Shown: one piece after another, positions 51,100-63,457 of the stretch
Layout of the letters: each line of letters opens with the position of its first letter
How positions within the stretch are numbered: the first letter of the stretch is position 1
Source: Mobula hypostoma
Taxonomy: Eukaryota
Length of the DNA stretch: 64,000 bases
Direction of reading: 5' to 3'
Assembly: GCF_963921235.1 (NCBI RefSeq)
Contig: NC_086097.1
Span: forward strand, 227,418,001-227,482,000
Translations under genes and position numbers: made by a program
The notes under the pieces: model-generated
What the model was told of the DNA's origin: nothing
The model's input: only the letters and a program-made list of their open reading frames with translations
Databases searched by the model: none

Positions 51100-51900
51100 C
51101 CTTATGCCTATGATCGTAAGACACTGCTGGGTATTCAGAACACCACGTGCTCCAGGTCTTCCTCACTACAGTTGTTGGACAGCAGATGAACTCCACAGCA
51201 TGGGCTTGTTGCGTTCCGCGCAACAGCCATCCAGGAGAGATGCCACTGGAAGCGGTGCGCGAGGAATCCAAAGTACGGAAAATGCACTGGTGTTCGTGCA
51301 ATACTGAAGGCAAAACCCTGCAGGCCAGCTCTCCCATCAATTTTACTTTCAAATGTTTGATCGCTGGAAAATAAACTAGGCTACCTGTGTCTGAGACGGA
51401 ATCAGCGTGAGATGAAGGACAGATACGCGCTCATCTTGACTGAAATACCACCCCTGAAGCGGCCATCTAACTAGAGTGTTTCACCTCTTTTTGGGCAGAC
51501 AGAATTCACACGAGCTGTCACAAGACCCGTAGTGGAGGAGTATGTATCTGCATTAAAAAGAACTGGTGTGTGAACACTTCGGTAGTGGAGACCCATAGTT
51601 TGCATATGGTAGAGTTCTTAATGGTGAAACACAGACCCTTCTGTTTACCAAAGAAGTTCACTGCTATTGTGACTGAGGCTGTATACATCCCCCCCAACAC
51701 CCCCCCCCCGTGCTAATGCTGGGGAAGCATTGTGTGAGCTCTATGGCGCCATCAGTGACTTACAAACCAACTCCAATAGTTCCTTTATTGTTGTTGGCAA
51801 CTTCAACCGTGCTGTCTTAAAAACAGTCCTGCCTAAATTCTGTCAGTGCACTGATTTTGCTTCCACAGGTGAGAACACATTAGGCCTGCTTAATACCAAC
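51100..51900 (+). mobile_element. Decayed Rex1-type 5' (APE) fragment
   Basis: YDRKTLL, GGVCICI..NWC, RPFCLPKKFT, AVYIPP, VGNFN. Confidence 0.8.
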
Positions 51901-52660
51901 ATCAGAATCAGAATCAGGTTTTTTATTACCAGCATTTGTCGTGAAATTTGTTAACTTAGCAGCAGCAGTTCGATGTAATACATAATACAGAAGTAATAAA
52001 TAAATAAATCCATTACAGTATACAGTATGTGTATTGAATAGATAAAAAATCATGCAATAAACAAATAATATATATTCAAAAAGTGAAGGTTCAATGTCTA
52101 TTTAGTAATCAGTTGACAGAGGAGAAGAAGCTGTTCCTGAATCATTGAGTGTGTGAGGAGGTACAGAAGTAAACTTCTGTACCTCCTTCCTGATGGTAGC
52201 AATGAGAAGAGGGCATGCCCTGGGTGGTGGGGGTCCTTAATGATGGACACTGTCTTCCTAAGGCACCACTCCTTGTAGGTGTCTTGGATAGTACTAAAAA
52301 TAAGTGAGGTAGTGTTCGTGGTTCATGGCAGAGGGGAAGAAGCTGTTCCTGAATCGCTGAGTGTGTGCCTTCAGACTTCTGTACCTCCTACCTGATGATA
52401 ACAGTGAGAAAACACTGGGTGCTGGAGGTCCTTAATAATGGACGCTGCCTTTCTGAGACACCGCTCCTTGAAGATGTCCTGGATACCTTGCAGGCTAGTA
52501 CTCAAGATGGAGCTGACTAAATTTACAACCCTCTACAGCTTCTTTCGGTCCTGTGCATTTGTGCTCCCTCCCCCCGCCCCCATATCAGACAGTGACGTAC
52601 CCTGTCAGAATGCTCTCCACGGTAAATTTATCAAAGTTTTTGAGTGTATTTGTTGATATA
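51900..52660 (-). mobile_element. Two stacked Rex1-type 3' ends
   Basis: (atcaga)n tail at 51901-51917; 52080-52295 repeats the block at 52300-52490. Confidence 0.85.
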
Positions 52661-53667
52661 CCTAGAGAAATACATTTAGGACGTCACCATTATTAAATGC
52701 ATCTATGTGAGGGCAAATCAGAAACAGGGCTTAAATGCTATGTCTTGATCTGGACTAGATTCTGCATACTAGTGAACCCCAACCTTCCTTCCTTTGATAC
52801 AATTTAAAACTCATTATAGAACTGCAAACAGGTTTTAAGCAGCCCACTACTTTGATGTCAGATCTTTATCAAACTTGGTCAATAAACTCTATGGCTATTA
52901 TTTTTAGACATGTACTCACTTCAGAATATTTGTATAACTGGACTGTCAAATCCTGTTGCTCTTCTACAGCTTATGGTTATTCACCAGTTACAAAGCACTC
53001 TGATATTTCTTCTTGGGCCCGTAGTTGGTCAACTCAACTATTTCATGACAAACACTGCCATTTTCTGCCCAATCAATTTTATTTAATGTCCCTTTGCGAA
53101 CTTTCTGCATGTTACCCACCCTATTTCAAAACTAGAGACAGGATTTCCGGTGTTAGTGCAATGAGCCAGTTTTGATGTTGATTCTCATGCATTCTAATTG
53201 AAAGATAAAGGAGCTACAACATTTTCTCTTAATAGAAAAAAGCATAAAACCTGATATGTGTAAGGTATGAAATTTAGCAGGAAGAGAATGAGATGACTAA
53301 GCATCCAAAACTGTTGTAATATACTGAGTAACTTTACATGTTTGGTTGACTTGACAGTATAAAATGCAATATTGTTTTCCCCAGAAAAGGAAGCATCTAT
53401 TCTACCACAGCTTCGGTCACATCAATTTTTCTGAATAAGTGTTATTTATTGGGGAGTAAAGTTAATCTACAATATATCTTTAAATATTTCATATGTACTG
53501 CAACACAAATATATTCCCATCATTACAGATTTGATTTTATGTCTTTGGCCTATAAATAATGTGAAGCATACTGTATATTTATAGGGTTGATTTTTTTCCT
53601 TATTTATGTGTGTACGTAAAGGCAATGGAAATTAACTAGTACAAGCATTTTTGTTGCTTTCGAACAG

Positions 53668-53815
53668 CTGCATACACTTGACAGAGAAAATCTGAAACAT
53701 GAAAGTCAGCTGGAAGAGGAACAGACCCACCGTCATCAGCTGGAATTGCAGTTGGAAACCCTTGGTCAGACCATCTTATCCCTTAGGACCCAGCTGAAAA
53801 GTCAAAGATTAGCTG
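53668..53815 (+). CDS. Host gene exon D (LHTLDRENLKHESQLEEEQTHRHQLELQLETLGQTILSLRTQLKSQRLA)
   Basis: tttttgttgctttcgaacag| acceptor, G|gtgagt donor, heptad Leu pattern; phase 0 to 1. Confidence 0.88.
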
Positions 53816-54288
53816 GTGAGTGAGTAACTTCACTTGATGGGGAGTTGGCTTCGAATCTAACCATTCTTTTAAGTTGAACAAAAATCAGTCAGTGTTCCCC
53901 AAAAACAAAGAGTTGAAAATTTAACTAGAGAAACTTTAGTTATAGTAATATTGGAAAATACAAATATTACTGATCCAGTAATACTAGACAAATTTTATTG
54001 GATCCAGAAAGTTGGGGAATTTTCTGCTCAGCTGCAAAAAAAAAGCATTGAAAAACTCAGTCAAAATATATGAGCTAACAAAGGAAATTGAGTATTTTAA
54101 TCCAGCTTCTCCCACGGAATAATAGGTTCTGATTGAATAAATTCAAAGAGCAAAATAGTGGCGTAAGTTTATTTACTTGAAAGAGACGATGTCCACAAAA
54201 ACTGTTAATAGAGATAAAATGATACTGTTGATTTAATCCATAAACCATTCGTAATGTAGAATTTACACAAAATATTTATCAATTGCAG

Positions 54289-54365
54289 ATTTACAGGAAA
54301 AAACCTGTGCAATATCAAAAAGAGGAGTTCATAAAAATTCTAAGCATCGCTATCCAGACCACTAA
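54289..54365 (+). CDS. Probable terminal coding exon E ([D]LQEKTCAISKRGVHKNSKHRYPDH*)
   Basis: ttgcag| acceptor, phase 1 start fits exon D, TAA at 54363-54365; the polypyrimidine tract is weak. Confidence 0.6.
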
Positions 54366-54641
54366 AAAGACTACTGAAGAAAGTAAAGGAAATGTTATGA
54401 ATTCTGCATAATTAAAACTCCTTAAGGTTTAAAAACAATAGATTGGATTTATTTTTTTTCTCTGAAAGGGAGCCATTTTTAAGATGCAGGAGTGAAATGT
54501 GAAGCAGTTGAGTAGTTAATTTGTTTTAACTGGATATGCACTGTTGTCACCAGAGATGATTTAACATCTCAACAGCTGCTAGTGAAGTGGATGAGGTCCT
54601 ATTTATTAAATTTATTACAAGATTCCACATATTTAAACAAC

Positions 54642-54687
54642 AATAAATATGAATTGCTTGTCAAGTCCATGAAAAGTTATGAATAAA
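54642..54687 (+). terminator. Candidate polyadenylation signals (AATAAA at 54642-54647 and 54682-54687)
   Basis: Two hexamers ~280-320 nt after the putative stop; the AT-rich context weakens this. Confidence 0.4.
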
Positions 54688-55123
54688 GGTATTGGAATGT
54701 TGAGATAAAACTGAGAACTGGAAAGTCACAACAGGTCAGTCAGCATCTGTGGAGAAAGAAATAGGATTTGCAAACAATGGTTTTAAAAAGACGCATGACC
54801 CAGAAAGGGGAAAGGAGAAATTTGGACAAAAGAGAAATCTAGTGATAGAATGGAATGTAGGTGAGATTAAATGATAATGATGTCTGGCAAGGTGGGTGTT
54901 AATCAGATGTGATGAAGCCAGGATGGATCTACAGGGCTGGAGTGGGGAGGGTCACAGCCTTATACAGGCCTCTGACACACCATAACATGCCTGCCATCAG
55001 ATATCTATCTATGCTAATACCATCTACCAGCATTCAGCCTGCAGCCTTATATGACATGGCATTTCAAGTGATAATCGAAATACTTCTTAAGTTTTGTAAG
55101 AATATATGCCTCCACCAACCCCT

Positions 55124-55200
55124 CAGGCAGTCCTCAGGTTATGACCGGTTTCCAATCCTGCGAACTGTTCATAACCCAAACTGTTCCTGTTGTAAATGTA
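55124..55200 (+). mobile_element. Tigger/pogo-type terminal remnant
   Basis: caggcagtcctcaggttatgac resembles a Tigger TIR; a similar reversed motif lies at ~28022-28041. Confidence 0.4.
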
Positions 55201-56329
55201 CAAAGTCAGCGTGTGGGAGCGGATGACAGAAGCAACTGTGATGGGAGAGTGAACAGACGCAAGAAGAGTGGCCACCAACTGGCCTCATTAAATAAGTGAG
55301 TGAGTGAGTCTGCCCTGTGCCCCAGCTCCGCTCAGTACGGCTCGGCCCTCAATTGTTACAGCTTGGAGGTGCCAGGAGGAGAAGTAGGGTAGGGAGAGAA
55401 GACAAATGGAAATGTCCATTATCACCCAGCAGAAGATCCCCATCCAATCTCCCAAACCCTCATCCACATGTACAAGGTGTCCTTAATCTACGTGTTCAAA
55501 ACCTGCGGACAGCCTGCAAATGGAATGGTAGAATCATAATCCGATATAGATGGATTCTAGACGATGGCAATCTGCAGGTCTGAAAGGTGAAGTTCTGGTA
55601 TGTTGGACTTCATTGGAAATGTATAGAAAGTTAGGGACAGGAGGGTCAATCAGGAACAGAGAAACCCAGGACCAGGCCTGCAGACTGAGTGGAGAGTTCC
55701 ACAAGGCAGTTGTCCAATGTACTTTTGGTCTCTCTATTGACCAGGAATGGTGTCAAGATCTGTACATTAAATGAAATTAAGGAAATTTTGCCCGAAAAGG
55801 ATGCCTGAAACCTAGACAGGTACAGAACCTATAGTAATGGAGTAACCAACTCAGTGACCTTAATGACATGCTCTGCCAACTGTAAGAACTTCATTCCTTT
55901 CTCCCAGTTTCTCCCAGAGATCCCAGCAGTGGAATCAATGTTTCTGCTTCATCACGTTTCTTGTGACAATATGGTATTCACTGTATGCACATTTCCAAGA
56001 AGTGAGTGCAAAGCTCTCTGGAATCAACATCCAGGTCATCAAAGGGAATCCTCCAGACCAAGAACTCCCAGTTGCTTTGTTCAGATTGAAGTCATTCATC
56101 GAATCAGTGATTGAAGATTATATGCCTGCTGTCAAGAAGCAAGGTACTGAGTACTTGATGCTCTGTATGTGCTGCACAGCAGCTGGCTGTTAAACCTGTG
56201 AAATCATGTCCAGACTCCGTACATCTCAGAATTAGTGTGATGTCCATGGTGCAGCTTTTGTGTAGTCAATAGCAGGAATTATTATAGAGAAGCTCACTAT
56301 CCTGGTAAACAACATGATTACTCCATGTG

Positions 56330-56720
56330 AAGCTCGTTTAGTCACCAGGAGACCCTTACGTTTACCTGGATTGAAAGCTATTTGCCAATCCTCAGCCCAT
56401 ATACTTAGCTGATTAAGATCTCCCTCTAATCTTTCATTACCTTGTACTCTATCTACAACACCAACTATTTTAGTATCATCTGTAAACTTCTGAATTGTGC
56501 CTTGTACATTCACATCAAAATCATTTATGTAAATTACAAACAACAAAGGTCCCAGCATGAACTCATGGCGTACCACAAGACAATGATCTCCAGTCTGAAG
56601 AACAACTGTCAACCGTCACCCTCTGCTTCCTACCACCGAGCCAATTAGAAATTCAATCCGCTATCTCCTGGATGCCATGCAATTTAACCTTCCACACTGG
56701 CCTTGTAAAAGGCCTTCCCT
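56330..56720 (-). mobile_element. Decayed CR1 RT fragment
   Basis: LGPLLFVIYINDFD..IQKFTDDTKI..WAEDWQIAFN. Confidence 0.85.
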
Positions 56721-57607
56721 AAGGTTGGAGCAGGTATCATATTTCATAAGGATGCTTCTCGCCTGATATGTAAGCAAAAGAAATACTACCTGAAAATGAC
56801 CTCCTGCTCAACTTCCTCTTCCTCCTGGGTCTTTTGGAAGCTTCATTCTGCTCCACTCCTCCACCTCTCCTTTCCTTGTGTTCTGTTTATTCTCCCAGAC
56901 ATCCTTCACACTCAAGAGAAATAACAATTTGCACATCCATTGATTTGTATGGAAACTTGGAACCAAGCCGACAGCCTGTAGCTCTTTCCATATCACTCCA
57001 TGCACGTTTAGAAAGATGTTATCAACAGCCAGACTCATGTATACTTCAGGCAGCAGTACATAGATAGTATTCCCAAGCTAACTCAATAATCCATTAAAAT
57101 ATCTGATTATTCAGTTGGGGTATGAGGGGAGAGTGTGAAAATTATTCATACTGTGGAACACCAATTTATCAGTGCAAGATTTGAAAAGGTCATTAGCTAA
57201 CTGTTGAACTCCATTTGGGCATCGCTAACTATTAATGGTATAATCCTCCATTTCCACAGGATTTACTTTTGCAGTAGCTTTACATTTCATCATGTGTGTG
57301 GCAGCTTGCAAAATTCATAGTGCAAGCAAATCAATATGCGTGCTGTTGACTAAATCACAAGCAACTCAATCATCAGCACTACAGACCCAATTTTTGGGAC
57401 TTAGTTCTTTGCAGCACAGAATTAGGTCAAATCTACTCAGCCCAGGGCTGCCCTTTGAATACTGTACATCACTGTAATCAATCCATGCCTCACATTTACC
57501 TGGCACTATCCAGGAGGTTTTGATTTCTTGGCAGAGTCGGCAGTGGAAACATTCGCTAAGGCCAGTAGTTACAAGGGTGAAGGGTGAATCATTGGCAAAG
57601 GGCATCT

Positions 57608-57932
57608 GGGCACCTCAGTAGCATAGCAATTAGTGCAACAGTATACAGCTCAAGGCATTCCCGAGTTTGGAGTTAAGTTCGGGCACTGTTCTGCAAGGTG
57701 TCTCTGTGTGTCCTCCCTGTGGAATGAGCAGGTTTTCCCCAGGTGTTCTGTTCCCTCCCACAGTCCAAAGACATACCGGGTAGGTTACTGGTCATTGTAA
57801 AGTGTCCTGTGATTAGGTTAGGGTTAATTGGGGTTGTGGGGTTGCTGGGTTTCTGGGGCAGCGTGGCTTGAAGGGCTGGAAGCTGGAAGGGCCTACTCCA
57901 TGCTGTTTCACTAAACAAGATAAATAAATAAA
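57608..57932 (+). mobile_element. tRNA-derived V-SINE (HE1-like)
   Basis: A/B-box-like head, V-domain-like ctcccacagtccaaagacatacc..ggtcattgtaaa, (taaa)n tail. Confidence 0.8.
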
Positions 57933-58239
57933 CCCCAGTCCTCAAAAATTCCCTGAACTCAGCTTAAACTTCTGAAATAACCACTCTCTGTAATAGTTTC
58001 TAAAAATCTTTAAATACTTTCCAAAAATATTTTAAAAGGTGACTGTAAAAATCTGAAAATGTCTAGTAATTTTTTCAATATTCCAAAAGCATCATTAGGT
58101 TTGGGGTTTGGCCTGAACCAAGCTCCCCAACTTCACAGCACTTTAGCAGGGATAACTTTGGAAATTTCCTGCCAAGCTGTCTACATCTACCAGCAGGATC
58201 CAGCCCATTATTTTTAAACCATGGCTTGCTGGTAAGGTT

Positions 58240-58710
58240 TGGTATATGCGATATTAGCCTTGAGCAATAATTATTACCTTAAAGATGTCACCAGTGTGCA
58301 TCAAGTGTACAATAAAGACTCCGATAAGGCTTCACTTCACGTGTGGTGTACAGTTAGAATAATACGATGTCATCCCAATGAAATTTATACAGTTCTTCCA
58401 GGGCTCAACAGGTGGATGCAAGGAGGCTATTTCCCATATCTGAAGAGTTTGGGACCAGGTCTGTCAGTTTCAGCATAAGCGAAAGACCATTTGGGACTAA
58501 GATGAGGAGAAACTTCTTCACCCAGAGGGTGGTGAGACTTGCATTTTCCTACCAGAAAGCTGTGAAGGCCAGGTGACTGAGTTCACTTAAGGTGGAGATC
58601 AGTCGAGTGCTGGATATTCAGGAAATCATGGGATATGGAGCTAGGTCAGGAAAATGAAGCTAAGATAGAAGATCCACCGTGATCAGGATTCAAGAGCCAA
58701 ATGGCAGCAC
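58240..58710 (+). mobile_element. Highly decayed CR1 3' fragment
   Basis: gatgaggagaaacttcttcacccagagggtggtg (MRRNFFTQRVV). Confidence 0.7.
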
Positions 58711-61700
58711 TGGTTGTTAGTAATGCAGTGAAAAATTTCAAAAGCTGTCCATGTCACACACAGTCTAGTTTGAGTTCCTTGACATTTTGTTCAAAGTTGG
58801 GAATCACTTTTCACACATGCATTGCAGTAGGGAATATGTGAAATGGATGTGAATATTCACTAATTGTAAGAAATTATCTAATTGCTTAGATATAATTGTG
58901 TTACACCAGCTAGTAGTTTATATTTATTTATAACTATGTTGGGAGAAATCGCTTGGCATTGCTCACTATGTATTAAAGGATATATTTTATAAGTACAAGA
59001 ATCATTAAACTATCTGACACAAAAGATTACATACTATTTAAATAAACTTTACATAATCTATCTAGTCTTTTATGGCCAAGTTCCAACTAAGGTCAGGTAG
59101 GGCTTTGCCATTTTATTATTGATTCTGAGTGTATTTAAAGATTGATTAACTATCACCTGAAAAAGAGTGGCTATCTTTATCCTTATAACATTTTTTAACA
59201 ACTCGTCAATTTTCCAGAACTTTATAAAAGGGAAATGTGGTCTTAAAATAAAGCAAGACTGGAAGGCGAGCATTTATAGAATTCGCGTGTGAATTCATAT
59301 TTCACCTCCCAATTTAATCAGAGAACTTTTTATACAATAATTGTTTTGCAGTTTAGAATTACAAAGCAAATATCAGTATTAAACTGAGGAATACAGATAG
59401 TGGATTACACTTCTCTATGATGCAGCAACACCCATCATAGTCATCACCAAATTGGATCTTTAATATTTCTTCTCTTTTCAATGCTTTTTATTATTATTAT
59501 CCAAAATTAACACGAGTACATCGAAGTAAGCAACACTTTTAATGTCTTAAGAAAAAAAACATTATTTTAAAGATTGAAAATATTTTGGTGATTAAAAAAA
59601 ACCCCTACCAAGCAAGAAAAAGGTCTTTTATATTTCTACTATAATGTACCTCAAATGCAAACAGATTTTCAGGAGTAAATAAGTCTACACTACAGGTATC
59701 AAAAGGCTGCAGCCTTACACTGGCAGTTTCTATTGTAAAATAGATGGACAAAAGTTAACATAGTGTATGAGGATGCAACTTTTTTGTGTATTTATATAAA
59801 ATCAAAATATGATTGAATAATTTCTAAGGATATGATTTCTCTATATCTATATCCTCTCTGATTTCCTATATTTTAGAGTTTATGTATGAAAACAAAATAG
59901 AAATACTGTTGAAATTAAAGTTCAGGGTGACTATTCCTAATACATTGACTGTTCTATTTATTATAAATTACTATGATTGCACATGGCACATATAGATGGA
60001 GACGTAACATAAAGATTTTTACTCCTCATGTATGTGAAGGATGTACAAAATTAAATGAATTCAGCAATTTTCTCTACCAGAAGATGAGGACATCACCCAC
60101 ATCAGTGATGTCAGAAAATTTGGCTTCTAATGCAAAGCCACAAAGCTCCAGTACATTGGAGAGATTTCACTTTTATTTGGATTAAACGTAATTCCTTACA
60201 AATTACATCATGAAAATCAGCCACGGAAAGATATTCCACAGGACACTCATCTCACCGTATCATGCTATCCTTTCAATCTCATGTAGCTTTAACTTTAGTA
60301 GTATTTATGATATTTGAATTAAATGCTTAATGAGCTCCAGGGTTCAAAATTCTCAATTTTAACTACAGAGTGCACTCCAGGTAAAATTATTTGTGTATAA
60401 AAAACATCGAATTGCAACTAATTGTTAAAAGAAGCTGTCATTTTCCATCTCTAAACCAGTTATTTTAAAAATATTGGTAAGTAATTGACAAACTAATGAA
60501 TTTATTTCATAAGGTTTCTAATATGATATTATTAGGCAAACCTTGTTCTTTTTTGAAGTTTGATTACTGAATTCTTTTACATTTTAAATATAGATCTATT
60601 TAATTTCTTCTGCAACCAAAGACGTTAGGGGCTGTTTCACTAACAATATTCTGAGTAGTTGAAATGTATTTGATGAAAAATTTAATACCATTCTCTGGCG
60701 ACATTCTATTTCGATTTGCTTCCTCAATTGTCAAGAGGTGCAAAATTATCAAGTGTACATCCATGACTCAGTATCAGTCATCTGATTCTCTTTCTGAGTT
60801 GCTATTTGTTGACAATTTCATCATGTAGTATAATATATTTTAACACAGTCTGCATATAATATTTCTTAACACCTTTGAGTAATCATGATATCAAACAGGG
60901 TTACATTTATTTTTATATATTCAACTGACTCAAGAGTAAAGTTGCTTATTATTCAAAATGATGAGAGTTGATTAAGTTAAGGAAAAATAAGACTTGCTAT
61001 TCAAAGAATGGCATTGTTTTCGGTACTCTAATAGTATTGCTTTGGGTAGCAACAATTCAGTCATGATGATGACTGCTGTACACTACAAACTCAGCAGAAT
61101 ACAGACAAGTGTCCACTATTAACTAATTTTCTTCTGCAATGAATTTTTTACAGTTATAGTGTGTTTATGTGTCTTGTCAGAAAAATAATAAAATGATTAA
61201 CAGAAAATATTGAAAACCTGATTTGTGGCAAGATTCTTTATTTTACTGATGTGGTTACTTTCCAAATAAAATAATTTAAATAAACATGAATATGAGTTAT
61301 GTAGTTTTTAGTTCCAATATATTATAGCACACCATTAATTAGTTGTGTTATGATTATGATTTTCATATGTTTAACGTCAGAATTCCATACCAACATATTT
61401 AATGAAGAGTAATATTTGAAAATTTGCAATTTTTCATGCTGGGTTTGGATTCAAATAGTTTCACATGTAAAAGTTAAGTGCTAAAATCAGAATATGCTTC
61501 TCACAAGCAGAAGTATAACATTCCTTTGATTCTCCAATTTCTTTGTTAAATATGATTTCCATAATATTGGCACAGTTTTTAAAAATGAAAGCACTTCAGT
61601 TGGATTGATTTCTGATTGAGGTTAAAATGTCTCTCAGCACATATGAATATAAGATGATAGAAATTAGCTATCACCACGGCAAATAATCTCTTATTGAAAT

Positions 61701-62449
61701 AAACATGGTGAATCACTTTCTACTTTGTCTTCATAGATTTATCATGTACCTCAAGGACTTACTAATACTGTGCTCCATCTTTGTATATCTGTAATAGAAA
61801 TTGAAGACCACTATAATTTCTCATTTAAATGAAGAGCTACCAGGAATCAATGCATGAATATCAACCAAATTCTGTTTGGACTTCCATAAATATCACAATT
61901 CAATTATATTGTGCTAGACAACATTTCCTTTCCTTTTCTTCAATAACACTCATAGCAACTTCAAAGATAGTGCCTTTAGTGCCTTATCACATTAATCATA
62001 AGGAATAATTTATTTTGGCTTAATGTAACAACAAAATGAACTATTATGGTAACACCAGATTAAAACTCACTTTGGTCCGATCTGGGGTTAGCCTGGTTTG
62101 TTTTAATGTTATAATCTTGAAATTACATTTATACCATTAAATAGGCACATAACAATGGTAAAATTGCTTTCTGAATAATATTCTATTAATACTAGGAATG
62201 ACAAAATTTAGAGGAAGTGTACTGGTAAAAGACAAATCATACTTGCTAAATGGGCAGAAGTCAATAGATTTCCTTTTCTAAAAAGGAATTGGGGTTTTAC
62301 AAACCAAAATACCTTGACCACTTTCAGATGCCATCTACATAGTTCTATTTTTAAAAAATCAAACCCAAATTCCAATTCTGAAACTGTCAATTATTAGCCA
62401 GAGCTTCTGAATTACCAGACTACTAACAAAGTCACAGCTATATCCTCCG

Positions 62450-62820
62450 TAGTATCCAAAACGTCTTCAACGAGCAGTGCCTCAGGAAGCTGGTGTCCAT
62501 CGTTAAAGACCCCGACCACCCAGGACATGTCTTCTTCTCATTGTTACTGTCAGGAAGGAGGTACAGAAGCCTAAAGGAACACACTCAACCATTCAGGAAT
62601 AGCTTCTTCCACTCTGCTATCCAATCTCTAAATGGACCTTGAACCCATGAATACTACCTCACTACTTTTTTTTATTTTTTTCAGTTTCTGCACTATTTTA
62701 CATACATATATATGCTTACTGTAATTCAGTTTTTAAAAAATATTTATCATGTGTTGCATTGTTCTGCTGCCACAAAGTTAACAAATTTCACGACATGCCG
62801 ATGATATTAAACCTGATTCT
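62450..62820 (+). mobile_element. Rex1-type 3' end
   Basis: HHPGHVFFSLLLSGRRYRSL..RNSFF; shared tail ..ttaaacctgattct. Confidence 0.88.
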
Positions 62821-63237
62821 CATATCAATGCATCTGAATTGGATGATGCTAGAAAATTAATTTCACCATTAAACCTGATGCAGGCAGCACACAAAATTGT
62901 GCTTGCTGCTTATGGGCATGGTTTATGTGTTAATAATTTCCTTAGTGTATTAATAGGAGATATAGTTTTGAGAGTGACTAACCTAAATTGAGGCTAGTCA
63001 GAGTAGATTGAAGCCAACCTACATGGCAACAAGACCAGTGATGGGATTTATTCTCAGGTTTCAGCAAATTGCTAGAGGTAATGGTAGAACTTGGGAGGGA
63101 AAATGGGACTTAGATTTTCAGGCATAATATTGAATGTCTTTGTAAACTCGAGAGAAAAAAAAGAGAGGCCTTCCACTTATTAGAGGGGGTTGGAAGGCTC
63201 CCCAGAAACAAACTAAAACTGCATTGTGAAGAGACAA

Positions 63238-63457
63238 ACAACAGGAATTCTGCAGATGCTGGAAATTCAAGCAACACACATCAAAGTTGCTGGTGAATGC
63301 AGCAGGCCAAGCAGCATCTCGAGGAAGAGGTACAGTCGACGTTTCAGGCCGAGACCCTTCATCAGTCCTGACGAAGGGTCTCGGCCTGAAACGTCGACTT
63401 TACCTCTTCCTCGAGATGCTGCCTGGCCTGCTGCGTTCACCAGCAACTTTGATGTGG
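63238..63457. mobile_element. Fold-back Penelope pLTR-derived insertion, 89-nt arms, 15-bp TSD
   Basis: Arms 63277-63365 / 63368-63456 with ~4 mismatches; attgtgaagagacaa at 63223-63237 and 63458-63472. Confidence 0.93.
63364..63399 (+). ncRNA. Minimal type I hammerhead ribozyme motif (Penelope-type)
   Basis: AGTC-CTGACGA-AGG-gtctcgg-CCT-GAAA-C-GTC^-GACT: intact core, stem I AGTC/GACT, stem II AGG/CCT, vestigial palindromic stem III; predicted cut after 63395. Confidence 0.8.

Noticed and set aside
49755..57932. tRNA genes at the two SINE heads
   Set aside because: Degenerate, no cloverleaf, and continuous with the SINE body.
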